A program made the position numbers and the translations under genes. Source: Octopus vulgaris (taxonomy: Eukaryota). From it: a stretch of DNA of 64,000 nucleotides. The stretch covers positions 10,602,001 through 10,666,000 of the forward strand of contig OX597842.1 in NCBI GenBank assembly GCA_951406725.2, written 5' to 3'. This document shows, in pieces, positions 25,602 through 38,600 of this stretch (positions within the stretch are counted from its first letter, which is position 1; every line of letters begins with the position of its first letter). Under the pieces are notes generated by a model. The model ran no database searches. It was not told the origin of the DNA and worked only from the letters and a program-made list of their open reading frames with translations.

Positions 25602-26358
25602 AGGCAGCGAGCTGGCAGAATTGTTAGCATGCCGGGCAAAATGCTTAGCGGTATTTCGTCTGCCGTTACGTTCTGAGTTCAAATTCTGCCGAGGTCGACT
25701 TTGCCTTTCATCCTTTCAGGGTTGATTAAATAAGTACCAGTTATGCACTGGGGTCGATGTAATCAACTTAATACCTTTGTCTGTCCTTGTTTGTCCACTC
25801 TGTGTTTAGCCCCATGTGGGTAGTAAAGAAATAGGTATTTCGTCTGCCGTTACGTTCTGAGTTCAAATTCTGCCGAGGTCGACTTTGCCTTTCATCCTTT
25901 CAGGGTTGATTAAATAAGTACCAGTTATGCACTGGGGTCGATGTAATCAACTTAATACCTTTGTCTGTCCTTGTTTGTCCACTCTGTGTTTAGCCCCATG
26001 TGGGTAGTAAAGAAATAGGTATTTCGTCTGCCGTTACGTTCTGAGTTCAAATTCTGCCGAGGTCGACTTTGCCTTTCATCCTTTCAGGGTTGATTAAATA
26101 AGTACCAGTTATGCACTGGGGTCGATGTAATCAACTTAATACCTTTGTCTGTCCTTGTTTGTCCACTCTGTGTTTAGCCCCATGTGGGTAGTAAAGAAAT
26201 AGGTATTTCGTCTGCTGTTACGTTCTGAGTTCAAATTCTGCCGAGGTCGACTTTGCCTTTCATCCTTTCAGGGTTGATTAAATAAGTACCAGTTATGCAC
26301 TGGGGTCGATGTAATCAACTTAATACCTTTGTCCCCTTGTAGGCAATAAAGAAATAAG
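25602..26358 (+). repeat. SINE family B, locally amplified as a 184-bp tandem array (~3.7 near-identical units)
   Basis: Unit starts GTATTTCGTCTGC at 25651, 25835, 26019 and 26203. It carries B-box-like GAGTTCAAATTC and the core CTTTCATCCTTTC.GGGT.GAT.AAATAAGTACCAG. Dispersed copies at about 3935-4330, 4590-4770, 4880-5060, 24680-24850 and 26740-26830. Confidence 0.85.
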
Positions 26359-26370
26359 AATTGTTAACAT

Positions 26371-26731
26371 AGGAGCAGGAGTGGCTGTGTGGTAAGTAGC
26401 TTGCCTACCAACCACATGGTTCCGGGTTCAGTCCCACTGCACCTTGGGCAAGTGTCTTCTACTTTAGCCTCGTGAGTGGATTTGGTAGACGGAAACTGAA
26501 AGAAGCCTGTCGTATATATGTATATGTTTGTGTGTCTGTGTTTGTCCCCCTAGCATTGATTGACAACCGATGCTGGTGTGTTTATGTCCCCGTCACTTAG
26601 CGGTTCGGCAAAAGAGACCGATAGAATAAGTACTGGGCTTACAAAAAGAACAAGTCCCGGGCTCGAGTTGCTCGTCTAAAGGCGGTGCTCCAGCATGGCC
26701 GCAGTCAAATGACTGAAACAAGTAAAAGAGT
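26371..26731 (+). mobile_element. tRNA-derived SINE, family A (representative near-full-length copy)
   Basis: A-box-like TGGCTGTGTGG, B-box-like GGTTCAGTCCC, internal (TA)/(TG) tract, tail GACTGAAACAAGTAAAAGAGTA. Further copies at about 3832-3930, 6092-6453, 6820-7390, 13075-13232, 13582-13740, 13792-14200(-), 15069-15335(-), 24857-25413(-), 27657-28048, 45670-45795, 50190-50326(-), 51525-51916 and 55688-55805(-). Confidence 0.85.
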
Positions 26732-27557
26732 AACACCGGGGAAAATCCTTAGCAGTATTTCGTCTGTCGCTACGTTCTGAGTTCAAATTCCGTCGAGGTC
26801 GACTTCACCTTTCATCCTTTCGGGGTCGGTGGCAAAATTTGAAACCATTATTATTAGAACTATTAGTAGTAGTAGTTGTTGGTGCTGTTGTTATTCTCTG
26901 GCAGAACTTGTCGGAGACTGTAATCTGTCCTATTTTAAACACAAAAGTGATATAAAAAAAGAGACCACGACTATTATTTCTATTATAGAATGTAGGGCAA
27001 CCACGTGGTTGCCCGTGGCTCGGTGTTTTGAGGTGGAGGAAGACGCTCTTCTGTTTGCTTAACGAATGGATCGAAGGATCATTATGTTGATATTGTTTAG
27101 CCCAAGGTTGGTCCTGATCCTGACAGACCCATGATCAAAGATGTTCCAGCTGTGGCCATCCCATCTTTTATTCAGACATCAGGGACTACATTATGTAATA
27201 TATAGAATAGTTGTTAGCATCAGTGGCTATAGCTGTTGTTGTTTAGCCCCAGGTCAGTCCTGATCCAGTCCGAACTATGATCAAAGATGTTCCAACTGTG
27301 ACCATCCCATCTTTTATTCAGACATCAGGGACTACATTATGTAATATATAGAATAGTAGTTAGCATCAGTGGCTATAGCTGTTGTTGTTTAGCCCCAGGT
27401 CAGTCCTGATCCAGTCCAAACTATGATCCAAATGTCCCAGCTGTGACCACCCCTACTGGTGACAAAGGTTGATTGTCTGATGCATGTTTGCAAACTTCCA
27501 TACTTCACGGCAGTGAAACATGGGCCGTGACTGCTTAAGACAGCCAGGTATCAAACT

Positions 27558-28190
27558 CGGAATCTAGGGGTAGTGGTTAAGAGCATGGGCTACTAACCCC
27601 AAGATTCTCAGTTCGATTCCAGGCAGTAACCTGAATAATAATAATAATAATATTATAGGTGTAGGAGTGGCTGTGTGGTAAGTAGCTTGTTTACAAATCA
27701 CATAGTTCCGGGTTCAGTGCCCCTGCGTGTCTTCTACTATAGCCTCGGGTCGGCCAAAGCCTTGTGAGTGGATTTGGTAGATGGAAACTGAAAGAAGCCT
27801 GTCGTATATATGTATATATATATGTGTGTGTGTGTGTATGTTTGTGTATCTGTTTGTCCCCCCAACATCGCTTGACAACCAATGCTGGTGTGTTTACATC
27901 ACCGTAACTTAGCGGTTTGGCAAAAGCGACCGATAGAATAAGTCCTAGGCTTACAAAGAATAAGTCCTGGGGGTCGATTTGCTCGACTAAAGGCAGTGCT
28001 CCAGCATGGCCACAGTCAAATGACTGAAACAAGTAAAATAGTAAAAAGTAATATCAAAAAATACTTTGGGAATGAGAACCCAGGTTTGAAATTTCCCCAA
28101 GACACCTGATGAAGGCAGGAGGGTATATCAGCCGAAATGTTGTGTTAAAAAACAAAATGAGGATAAATATCCGTCAAATGTAAATAATGA
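27558..28190 (+). mobile_element. tRNA-headed element with hammerhead-ribozyme-like 3' part, interrupted by a family A SINE (27657-28048)
   Basis: Head TAGTGGTTAAGAGC...GTTCGATTCC, then (TAA)n. After the inserted SINE comes GACAC-CTGATGA-AGGC...GCC-GAAA-TGTT-GTGTT (28101-28146). That the head and tail are one element is inferred. Confidence 0.5.
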
Positions 28191-28612
28191 TCATATACCA
28201 TGTTTGACATTGCATTTTTATTCTCTTCCGTTTTATAAATTCAGTGTGTACATGCACATTCATGCTTCTCTAACCAGTTCCTACTCAAATCTGTTTACAG
28301 ATCACAACCGTCTCATGAACCTGCGTTCGTGAGGAGTCGTTCATGTTCCGATGGTTATCGAAAAACGCACACTTGCACACACAGACACACATGTATACAC
28401 ATAAATCCCTGCACGTACGAACCCTTAGCTTCATAAATAAGGGAGCACAGCACAATAGCCATTAACACAACACAGTCTTTGGTAAATTATTTATTTGTAC
28501 AAAGCTCAAGAAATACTTAAAGTCGCTCGCTTTCCACGAGCATTCCGGCGACAACTGAAAGAAAATGCATACATACGTAACATATATACAATGTGTGTGT
28601 ATAAGTGTGCGC

Positions 28613-28651
<39 letters not shown>

Positions 28652-28674
28652 TATATGTATATGTATATATATAA

Positions 28675-28705
<31 letters not shown>

Positions 28706-29406
28706 AATATATATATATACACACACACATGATATACAGTATATGTATATATACATACAATATAAAGTATGTATATATATACATATATGGTAATTAGCTG
28801 TTATGTAAATAGTTTATTAAGGTTTTGAATATATAATTTGACAGAATTAGCATAATTTGTTCTGTAGAGTCCATTGTGCAAGTAGTGTGACCCTGCGGCC
28901 CTGTGGATCAGCAAAGAATACGGCGGTGCCACTCGCGTTAGTGGCTCAACTGTTGTAATTTGCATGTCTTAGCCATACTTGAGACTGTCTTTAAATATAT
29001 ATATATTTATGTGTTTGTGTGTAGGTATGTATAATAGTATACCCATGATGACAAAAATGAGTGTTTTTTTTTTTTTTTTTTAAATCATGAAGGATGATAT
29101 GCATAGCTATTCAAAATGTCTCCTGATAGTCCATTGATAAATTTACATAAATATTTGTTTGGCTTTTTTTTTTTTGTTTTAGTTTTTTTTAAACATTCTT
29201 TTCTCATCAATTTTTGCTTTTGATCTCTTTTTTTTTTTGGGGTTTTTTTTTTGCTTTTTTTTCAGTCAAAATTTGACCAATAGAAAAAATGTCAAGGGGG
29301 CGGGGGATATCTTTTTAATTTGTGTCCTGAAGAATTTCTTCGCATTAATTTTTCAAAATGATGATAGGATACAAATATATATACATATAAATACAGGGTG
29401 TGTATA

Positions 29407-29437
<31 letters not shown>

Positions 29438-29551
29438 CACATTTATTTTCTAGTACAAAACAGGATAAATAGAACTAAAAACATGATATATACAAGCATA
29501 TATGTGTCTGTGTGTGTATACACACATAATTTAGGTTAGTTGTATGTATGT

Positions 29552-29581
<30 letters not shown>

Positions 29582-29582
<1 letters not shown>

Positions 29583-30601
29583 GTGATTTGAGGGAAATTT
29601 GGCTGCTGTATTTAACAGATTAAATGACCACATACGGGTCAAGATAGTGATTTGAAGGAAATTTTGCTGCTATTTTTAGCAGGTTAAGTTACCACATACA
29701 GGTCAAGGCAGTGATTTGAGGAAAATTTTGCTGCTATTTTTAGCAGAAATAAGTTACTACATACAGGCCAAGACTGAGTGATTTGAGGGCGATTTTGCTA
29801 CTGTTTTCAGCAGATTAAGTTACCACATACAGGTGAAGACAGGGATTTATGAGAAATTTTGCTGCTATTTTCAGCAGATTAAGTTACCACATACAGGTCA
29901 AGACAGTGATTTATGGGAAATTTGGCTGCTATTTTTAGCAGATTAAGTTACCACATACAGGTCAAGACAGGGATTTATGGGAAATTTGGCTGCTATTTTT
30001 AGCAGATTAAGTTACCACATACAGGTCAAGACAGGGATTTATGAGAAATTTGGCTGCTATTTTTAGCAGATTAAGTTACCACATACAGGTCAAGACAGGG
30101 ATTTATGGGAAATTTGGCTGCTATTTTTAGCAGATTAAGTTACCACATACAGGTCAAGACAGGGATTTATGGGAAATTTGGCTGCTATTTTTAGCAGATT
30201 AAGTTACCACATACAGGTCAAGACAGGGATTTAAAGGTAATTTTGCTGCTATTTTTAGCAGATTAAGTTACCACATACAGGTCAAGACAGTGATTTATGG
30301 GAAATTTGGCTGCTATTTTTAGCAGATTAAGTTACCACATACAGGTCAAGACAGTGATTTATGGGAAATTTGGCTGCTATTTTTAGCAGATTAAGTTACC
30401 ACATACAGGTCAAGACAGGGATTTATGGGAAATTTGGCTGCTATTTTTAGCAGATTAAGTTACCACATACAGGTCAAGACAGTGATTTAAAGGCAATTTT
30501 GCTGCTATTTTTAGCAGGTTAAATTACCACATACAGGTCAAGGCAGTGATTTGAGGAAAATTTGGCTGCTATTTTTAGCAGATTAAATTACCACATACAG
30601 G
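29582..30601. repeat. 64-bp minisatellite (~16 units)
   Basis: GATTAAGTTACCACATACAGGTCAAGACAG(G/T)GATTTATGGGAAATTTGGCTGCTATTTTTAGCA, recurring at 29941, 30005, 30069 and onward. Confidence 0.93.
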
Positions 30602-31540
30602 ATCCCTCATTTGGCTATTGTGTCAAAGCTTGATCAAGTTGATCTATCATCAAAAGACTTTCCGTCCATGACCATCCAGGTTATTACTACCATCAGACCA
30701 TGGTATATCTAGGAGTACATTGTCTCAACGTGCTCAGATTTCCATGTTTTCGATAGATGAGAGGCAGCAGATTGATCCAATGGAGAACTCGCTGCTATTA
30801 CTTTTTAGCCCTAGGTTGGAACCACTTAAGAAGACCTACAATCAAAAACCAATCCAGTTATGACCATCACCATTTATCTAGGTGATGTCCTTTGCTTCCT
30901 TTTATTTTAAAGACTAGTTGGAGAGAGATTTAGCTGCTTTTTCTAACCAACTCAATCAGACAACCTTGCCATGACCATCACCCTTTGTCTAAGTATATCT
31001 AGGACTACACTATCGAATGTGTCCTCATTTTTCTAAAATCAGTAGTGACTGAAAAGAGATTTGGCTGCAATTTCTAGCGAATCGATCAGCCAATCCAATT
31101 ATGACCATCTCTATTTGTCTAGATGTATCAAGGACTACATAGTCAAATGTAACCTTCCCTTTTCTAAAGACAGTAGTCATTTGAGAGAGATTTGGCTGCT
31201 ATTTCTAACCAGTTGATCAGACAATCCAGCTACGACCATCACCATTTGTCTAGGGATATCTAGGTCTACATCATCAAACATGACCTTCCATTTTATGAAA
31301 TGGGAGAGTGTAGCTTAAGGTAGTTTTAGCTGCTATTTCTAGCAGGTCAAGTAACCACAGAAAGAGACTTCCTTGCTGGCTCAACTGTTGTTTAACTTTG
31401 ACTGAGCAGAGCTATGACCAAAAGCTTTCCAACCACGACCACCCTGTATAGCTTTCCTTTCAGGCATAGTATTCCTAGGAATACATTATCAAATGTGTCC
31501 TTTGTTTTTTTTTCAGACAGTAGGGTGTAATTTCAAAGAG

Positions 31541-32530
31541 ATTTAGCTGCTATGTTTAGCACACCGAGCAACCACATAGGAGCTCTGATAGTTATGTTGT
31601 TGTTTAGCCCTGGGTCATTTAGCTGCTATGTTTAGCACACCGAGCAACCACATAGGAGCTCTGATAGTTATGTTGTTGTTTAGCCCTGGGTCAACCAAAC
31701 TCTGATTGAGGAGACAAGACTTATGATGCATGGCATGCCAACCGTGCCCACCCTGTCTGTTGTAAGAGTACGCAGGACTCACATTGCCTGATGCGCCCTG
31801 TCTTTCAAACAAGAATGGTAGGATGAGACTCAAGGGAGATTTGGCTGCTATTTCTACCAGGACAAGAGACCACACTGGACTTGGCAGTGATGGTAGGTGT
31901 AGCAGTGGGTGGTGGTGGTGGCATTGATGACGCCCACACTCCACTCCACCTGTATGACATATGTGCCCCCACATGCGCACCCCGTTGCCACCAGGTGTCA
32001 GTTGCTCCCAACGACGATATCGTACCCGGCCTTGTTGTTGTTTAGCCCTGGGTCAACCAAACTCTGATTGAGGAGACAAGACTCATGATACATGGCTTGC
32101 CAACCGTGCCCACCCTGTCTGTTGTAAGAGTACGCAGGACTCACATAGGATGAAGACTCAAAGGAGATTTGGCTGCTATTTCTACCAGGACAAGAGACCA
32201 CACTGGATTTGGCAGTGAGGGTAGGTGTAGTAGTGGGTGGTGGTGGTGGCGTTGATGATGCCCACACCCCACTCCACTTGTATGACATATGTGCCCCCAT
32301 ATGCGCACCCTGTTGCCACCGCCTGCCACCAGGTGTCAGTTGCTCCCAACGACGATGTCGTACCCGGCCTCTTGCGCCTCCCTCCCGACTCTTCCCTAGG
32401 CCCCGCCTACCATATCCATCTCCACCCCCTTGCCACCAGGTGTCAGTTGCTCCCAACGACGATGTCGTACCCGGCCTCTTGCGCCTCCCTCCCGACTCTT
32501 CCCCCGGCCCCTCCTACCATATCCATATCC
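31541..32530. repeat. Nested tandem duplications across the zinc-finger stop codon and proximal 3'UTR
   Basis: 31541-31617 matches 31617-31693; 31673-31992 matches 32033-32320; 32324-32425 matches 32431-32538; a third stop-region copy lies at 31987-32030. Confidence 0.88.
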
Positions 32531-35500
32531 ATCTCCATCATCATCATCATCATCAGCGAGTGGGTGCGCATGTGACGACTGAGGGTCCTCGACTCGGTGA
32601 AGGTCTGACTGCAGTAGACGCACCGGTAGGGCTTTTCGCCGGTGTGGGTCCGCACGTGCTTGGTGAGGTTGCTGGAATCGGAGAAGCGCTTCTGGCAGAA
32701 ATTGCACGAGAAGAGCTTCTCGCCCGTGTGGATGCGAATGTGCTTGGTGAGATTGTCCGACCGGGAAAACCATTTGTGACAGTGCGGGCAAGGGAACGGC
32801 TTAAGCCCAGCATGGACCTTCAGGTGACGTTTCAGATGACTCGGCCGGGTGAACATTTTACGACAGTCGTACTGAGGGCAAGTGTATTGCTTCGCGGTCG
32901 ACTGAGCACCACCGTGGCGAGGCAGCTGCTGCTGTTTCCTCTGCAGAGCCTTTATCAAGCTTGTGGTCGTCGAAGGTGCAATATGGTCAGTCGGCATCAT
33001 AGCTGTTGTTGTTGTTGTCGCGGTTTGCTGATCCTGCTGCTGTTGTTGTTGTTGTTGCCAGCGACGCTTCATCATGTCAGCATCATAAGAAGGTTTATCT
33101 AACTGAAGCCCGCAGTTGCGTGCGAGGATGTCGATGGCAGAGGCGTTTGCGGTTTGACCTTTGTCGGTAAACGAAGCGAGATTCAAAGTGTTCAACAGAA
33201 ACGGCTGTCCCACAGAAGAGGGAGAATTTGAACGGTAGGCGCTTTCATCAGCGGGTAAGGAAGGAAATGAAGATAAGGGTAACGATGATGATAATAATTC
33301 ATGGTGATTGTCATTAAGTTCGGAAAACGTTACCTTACGATCAGCATCGTTATCTAATTGATCAGCGAAAACATTACCGAGGAAATGGGAAGAATTGCGC
33401 TTACTCTTAAGGGACAAGTCCCTCTCAATTAGCATTTCTCTGACATTATTCAGGGCTGGGAGTTGATTACCAGACAATAAGGATGCTAGCTCGTCAGCGT
33501 TAAATATCGCATCGGAAAACTTGGACAAGTCTTCGGTCTTAATTTTGGAACTGATTGGCACCATTGCCGAGCAATCAGAGTCTGTGGAAAATTCTGGTTC
33601 GATTTTGATAAAAGGCTTCGGAAAATCCAGATTATTTTCAGCTGGTTGAAGGCAAGACAAGAGGGACAAAGAGTTTGGTAGGGGCTGGCTAAGATTTTCT
33701 TTCAAGGTCCTGCTTTCCTGGTTGAGTTCCTTACAGTCAACAGCGTCCATTGATCCTGTAGGAGTCGCTTTTGCGGTCATCAGAGACGACTGTTTGTTAC
33801 CATCGTGTTGTATGAATTGGGCATTGTTATAAGATGAGGTGTTGTCTGGACGGTCGGCCAAGATGAGGTCAGCAGCCACTTGGTTCGACAAATTCTGGGA
33901 CTTCCTTTCAGCAGCGTCGACAGACATGTGGTTGTCTACGTCCTCATAATCTTCACAGATGCCCGCTTCATTCTCCCTAGCGCTTAAAGTCATGGCGACA
34001 TCGGACGGAAGACAATCCATGTTTGTCGCCGCTGCAGGCTTCCACGCCGCGGTCACTGTGTGGTGCAGTAGCTCGTCGCACCATTTGTCCCCTTTTTGCA
34101 GAAGCAGTTGTAGGGTCTCGTCACTGAGGGAGCTGAGGAAATCGAGCATTGCATCTCGGAACTGTCCGTCGTTTTGGTTCGACTCCCATTGGGACGGAGG
34201 AAACTTGTTAACCCTAGAGACATCGCCGTTGCTGTTGTCAACCTCAAAACCTCCCTCGGGCAAGGACGATACCAATATATCGCTTGCGCAGGGTTGAGAC
34301 ATTTCCTCCTCCTCCTCATCTTCCAGTTTCACATTCACGTTCTCAAAGACGTCCTTCAGATCCTCTGTCTGTTTCATCATTACGTTATCAGCGTGATGCG
34401 TGTTGGTGGACCCAGCAGGAACCACTGTCATTGTGAACCCCAAATTTTTCATGCTGTTCCTGTAGTTAGGACCATCCGACGTCAAAGGAACATCACCATC
34501 ATCATCATCATCCCCGTCATCATCAGAAAGGGACATTGCAGAATTAGAATTTGAATCCGAAATACAAATGACATTGTTGGTTTTGCATTTCTGGTCTGCA
34601 ACAAGGGTCGATTCGGGGCCACCGTTGGCACCGGAGAAATAATTCTTATTCCGAAACTCGACAAACTCGTCAAAAAGCAGAAATTCTTGAATGCATTTCT
34701 CGGCCTCGGGTTGTTTGTCAGGGACCATTGCAGTTCCTTTCCGAAAGTTTCCGTTCCCGTCGTAGTAAGAATTCGATGGTTCCTGATCTGCATTGCTGTA
34801 AAATCCTGCAACATCAGTGTGGTGGGCATCTTTTGAATTTCGGGTCGTATTAAGCAGGTCATAAGATAGACGAACGCCTTGGGATTTGAAGTTGATGTCC
34901 TTGAGTTCGTCAATGGTATTCTCCGAGGAAAACTTGAGGTCAATATTTTTAAGTTCTTCGGCAGCATCGATGGCCGATGGAAATTTGAAGTTGATGTCTT
35001 TGAGTTCTTCGTCATCAAGAGTGGAAGGAAATACAAAATTCTCATTCAGGGAAACTGTACCAGCTAAGAGCTCAGCGTTATCAGAAGAGGCTGACCTCTG
35101 GAATGGTTCTGAAGTGTTAAGATTTCCATCCTCAACGACATCTTTGCCTTCTGCAACTCCCACCATGGGTCCTTCTCGGATGTCAACCTCCTGTTTGATA
35201 TCGGCCCGACTTATACCCCCGACAGAACCACAACTGTTTTCTGCTTCAAACTGACCCCTCCCCTGTGGAATCTCACGTACATGAGCAGGGAGAGAAGGGA
35301 TGAGAGGCACACCGCCGTCTCCGCCCCTCCACGGAAACAGCTCCATCACTGAGCCAGAGGCGGTGGAGGTACGATAACCATCATCTCGTTGTTCATCAGG
35401 CTCCGGCGTCTTTGGTTCTTGCTTCATGGCGCTACCATCAGGGAGTACAAATTCTTGTTTCACAGCCAAAGACAAATTCTCTTGGAAAGGGTCAACCAAG

Positions 35501-35587
35501 GATTTCTTGGGAAAATTCTCGGCGGACGATTCCTGAAAATTGTTGTAGTTGTTGTTGTCATTTATTGTCCTGTTACTGTTGTAGTTT

Positions 35588-35628
<41 letters not shown>

Positions 35629-38600
35629 GCTACAGCTGTTGACATTGATGGTGGTGGCAGTGGCGGTCGTGGTACTAGCAACAGTGGTAACCATATTATT
35701 CCTCGGAGCACCAACAAGACAGCTGCTGCCATCTGCTGTACGTAGGTCATCATCTCCACGGTTCCCGTGGTCATTCGGTCCGCAACGTATTTCAGCCGTC
35801 GTCTCAGCTTGTCTTTGCACCTGAACGCCGGGGGAAGACAAGGACGGAACCGAAGCCGCCCGGTCTGAGCCCGGGTCTTGACCAGAACTGGCCGGACCAA
35901 ACCCAGCGCTCGGCGACGAAGAAGCTGATGGCAGCGGGGATGAAAACTGCAAATGCCAAGGTGATGACGATGATGACAGCAATACTGACCGCTCACTGGA
36001 CACTACGATGCTTGATCTGGCTTTTGCTTTGTTCTGCTGGACGTCCAACTGATCCTGCAATGGTAACTTTGCCGAGTCTTCTGAGGTAGACTCGGTCAAA
36101 TTATGGCTGGCAGAAGTAATATTGGAGTCACTTGAGCCACTGGTGTTAGTCACAGCATTGGTCAAGCTCTCAGTCTCGGAGAAAGCACCGGACGATATAT
36201 CGGTTTTGGAGACAGAACTAATTGAATTGTGGTGACCGAGGGAAATATTGGTGTTACTTGAGCCATCACTGTTGGTGATAGCAGTGGTCAAGTTTTCAAT
36301 ATCAGAGGTAGTACAGGACAGTACGCTGTTGGGTTTTGAAACCGAATTGGTTAAATCATTTCCACTGGTCAAGCTGTTGACATCGGAGATGGCACTGTCC
36401 ATCTTGTCGTCATGGGAGACGACGGCGCCGGTCAGCTTATTGCCACCGAGGGAAACGGTATCAGTGAAGCTGTTAGTGTTGTTGCTACTGCTGCCTTGAC
36501 AATCTCTGAGGAGGTGGTCATTGAACATGTTGAGGTCTTGGATGAGCTCTCCGCACTCTTTACACCTGAACATCTCACCTGTCGTGTGTAGTTTCAGGTG
36601 ATGTGTCAGCTCCTCCACACCGGAGAAGAATATCTGACACCGGGAGCAATGAAAGAGACGGTTTCTAGGGTGATGGTCACTATCATGAAGACGACGATGT
36701 ACACGAAGATGTTGTTGGTGTTGATGGCTCTGATGACTACTATTATTTTCATCATCATTATCATCATCATCATCACTGTGGTTAATATAAGGATGAAGAC
36801 GACTGTGATGATGATGATGAGGATTATAGGGGTCACTCGGATTAGGGTTATTATTGCCGCTGTAGAGATAATCATCCATTTCTGTATCCATCTCCACTTT
36901 GAACCCACCGACAACTGTCAGTGTAGCGTTTCCAGCAGCCTCATCTTCCTCTTCTTGATTTCCATCCTCATCATCTTCTTCTTCTAATACTTCCTGCTTG
37001 ATATAATCAAGCATAAAGGGACTGACATTACAAAGGGAGTGACAGTTAGGATCACCAGGTATGGCAAGCAAAGATGCACCACTTGTCTTGCTGAACAACG
37101 TCCCCGAGCTGGTTCCTCTGGAAACGGACACTGGTGAACGTATGTTCCGCTGAGAGGCCACTGGGGCAGTTTGACCATGTTCGTCCTCGCCCACGTCTTC
37201 TTCCTCTTTCATCTCCTCCTCCTCCATCTCTTCATCATTTTCCTCTCCGTCGTCTTTTACTGTCAGCGAGGCAGCAGTGATGGTGGTTATATGGAACCGG
37301 TAGATGTGGTTGGCAAGGGTGGACTCATCGAGAAATACCTTCCCACATTGGTGGCACCGATACAACTTGTCTCGCAGCTGTTTTTTGAAGCGTTGCAACA
37401 GGGCAGTAGGCCCAGAACCAAATGTCTTCTTCAGAGCTGAGGTGGCGTTCTTAGCAGACGATGACATGGACTGCAATGAAAGTGATAACAATGATGATGA
37501 CGATTGTGGCGGTGATTGTGGTATCACAGAAAAGGCAGTAGTAGTAGTAGTACTAGTAGTAGTAGTATTAATATTAGTAGTACCAACGGCAGCCCTAGCT
37601 ACAGCAGCAGAAATGCTTCTTAAATCTGTTGCTGATGAGGACGGCACTGAATAAGGTAGCAAAGGAAGATGTTGTTGTGGTGATGGTGATGGTGGTGGTG
37701 ACGGGGATGTTGTTTCTGATTGAAGTAGTGTCTTCAATTGCGGCGGAGACTGGCCAAGTTTAGCATGTGTGAGTAAATGGCGATGCAGCGCGATGGAGTT
37801 GTCGAAAGGCTTTGAGCAGAGCATGCACCGAAAGGGAGACAACTCTGTAGACGGGGGCAGCAATGGTGAGCCGCTCTCCCGTTGCTCCGGGTTTTGCTGT
37901 TGCTGCCGTGATAGGAAGCAGCGGCTTTCGTAGCTATCGTCATCATCTCCTCTGCTGTCATCGTCATCGTTATCGTCTCTTTCACTGCTTCCGGTGGACA
38001 TGTGCGGCGGCGGAAAGCTGTGGTCTTGGTTACTGTTGCTATGGTTACCACTCCTGCTACTGTTGCTCTTACTGGGTGCAGTTGCACCACCCGAAGCAGC
38101 TGTTGCCGCCGCTGCGCGCGCGTGCGTCCGCAGATGTTTGGTGAGGTTGCTGGAATCGGTGAAGCGCTTCGTGCAGATGCTGCACGAATAGCGCTTGTCG
38201 CCCGTGTGGATGCGCACGTGCTTGACGAGGTTGTCCGAGCGGGAGAATGCGCGGTCGCAGTACGCGCATCGGAACGGCTTGATGCCCGCGTGGATCTTCA
38301 GGTGTCGGTTCAGCTGCGTCGACTTGGAGAAATTCTTCCAGCACACCGAGCAGGCATGCACCAGGTGGCACCAGCGGAGATGCTGCGTGAGGTCAAGGGC
38401 TGAGGAGAACGAAACTGGCAATGAAGACGCCGATTCCCTGCAATACTTACAGGGAAATTCTTTGATATTTCCATTGCTTCTTACACTTCCATCTTTCTTG
38501 TCATTAGCTGCAGCGGAACTGGTCAAATTTGCAGCGGAACTGGTCAAACTTGCAGCGGAACTGGTCAAATTTGCAGCGGAACTGGTCAAATTTGCAGCGG

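Noticed and set aside
27558-27635. tRNA gene (also tRNA-like heads at about 5965-6036 and 13465-13542)
   Set aside because: A and B boxes are present, but there is no complete cloverleaf or acceptor stem and the sequence runs on into repeat bodies. These are SINE heads.
28955-28990. Faint resemblance of the minus strand to the 5' end of 18S rRNA
   Set aside because: Only short, gapped similarity with no continuation on either side.
29582-30601. Regular repeats resembling a CRISPR array (also 57103-58140 and 16680-17680)
   Set aside because: The units are head-to-tail with no unique spacers, there are no cas genes, and the context is eukaryotic. These are minisatellites.
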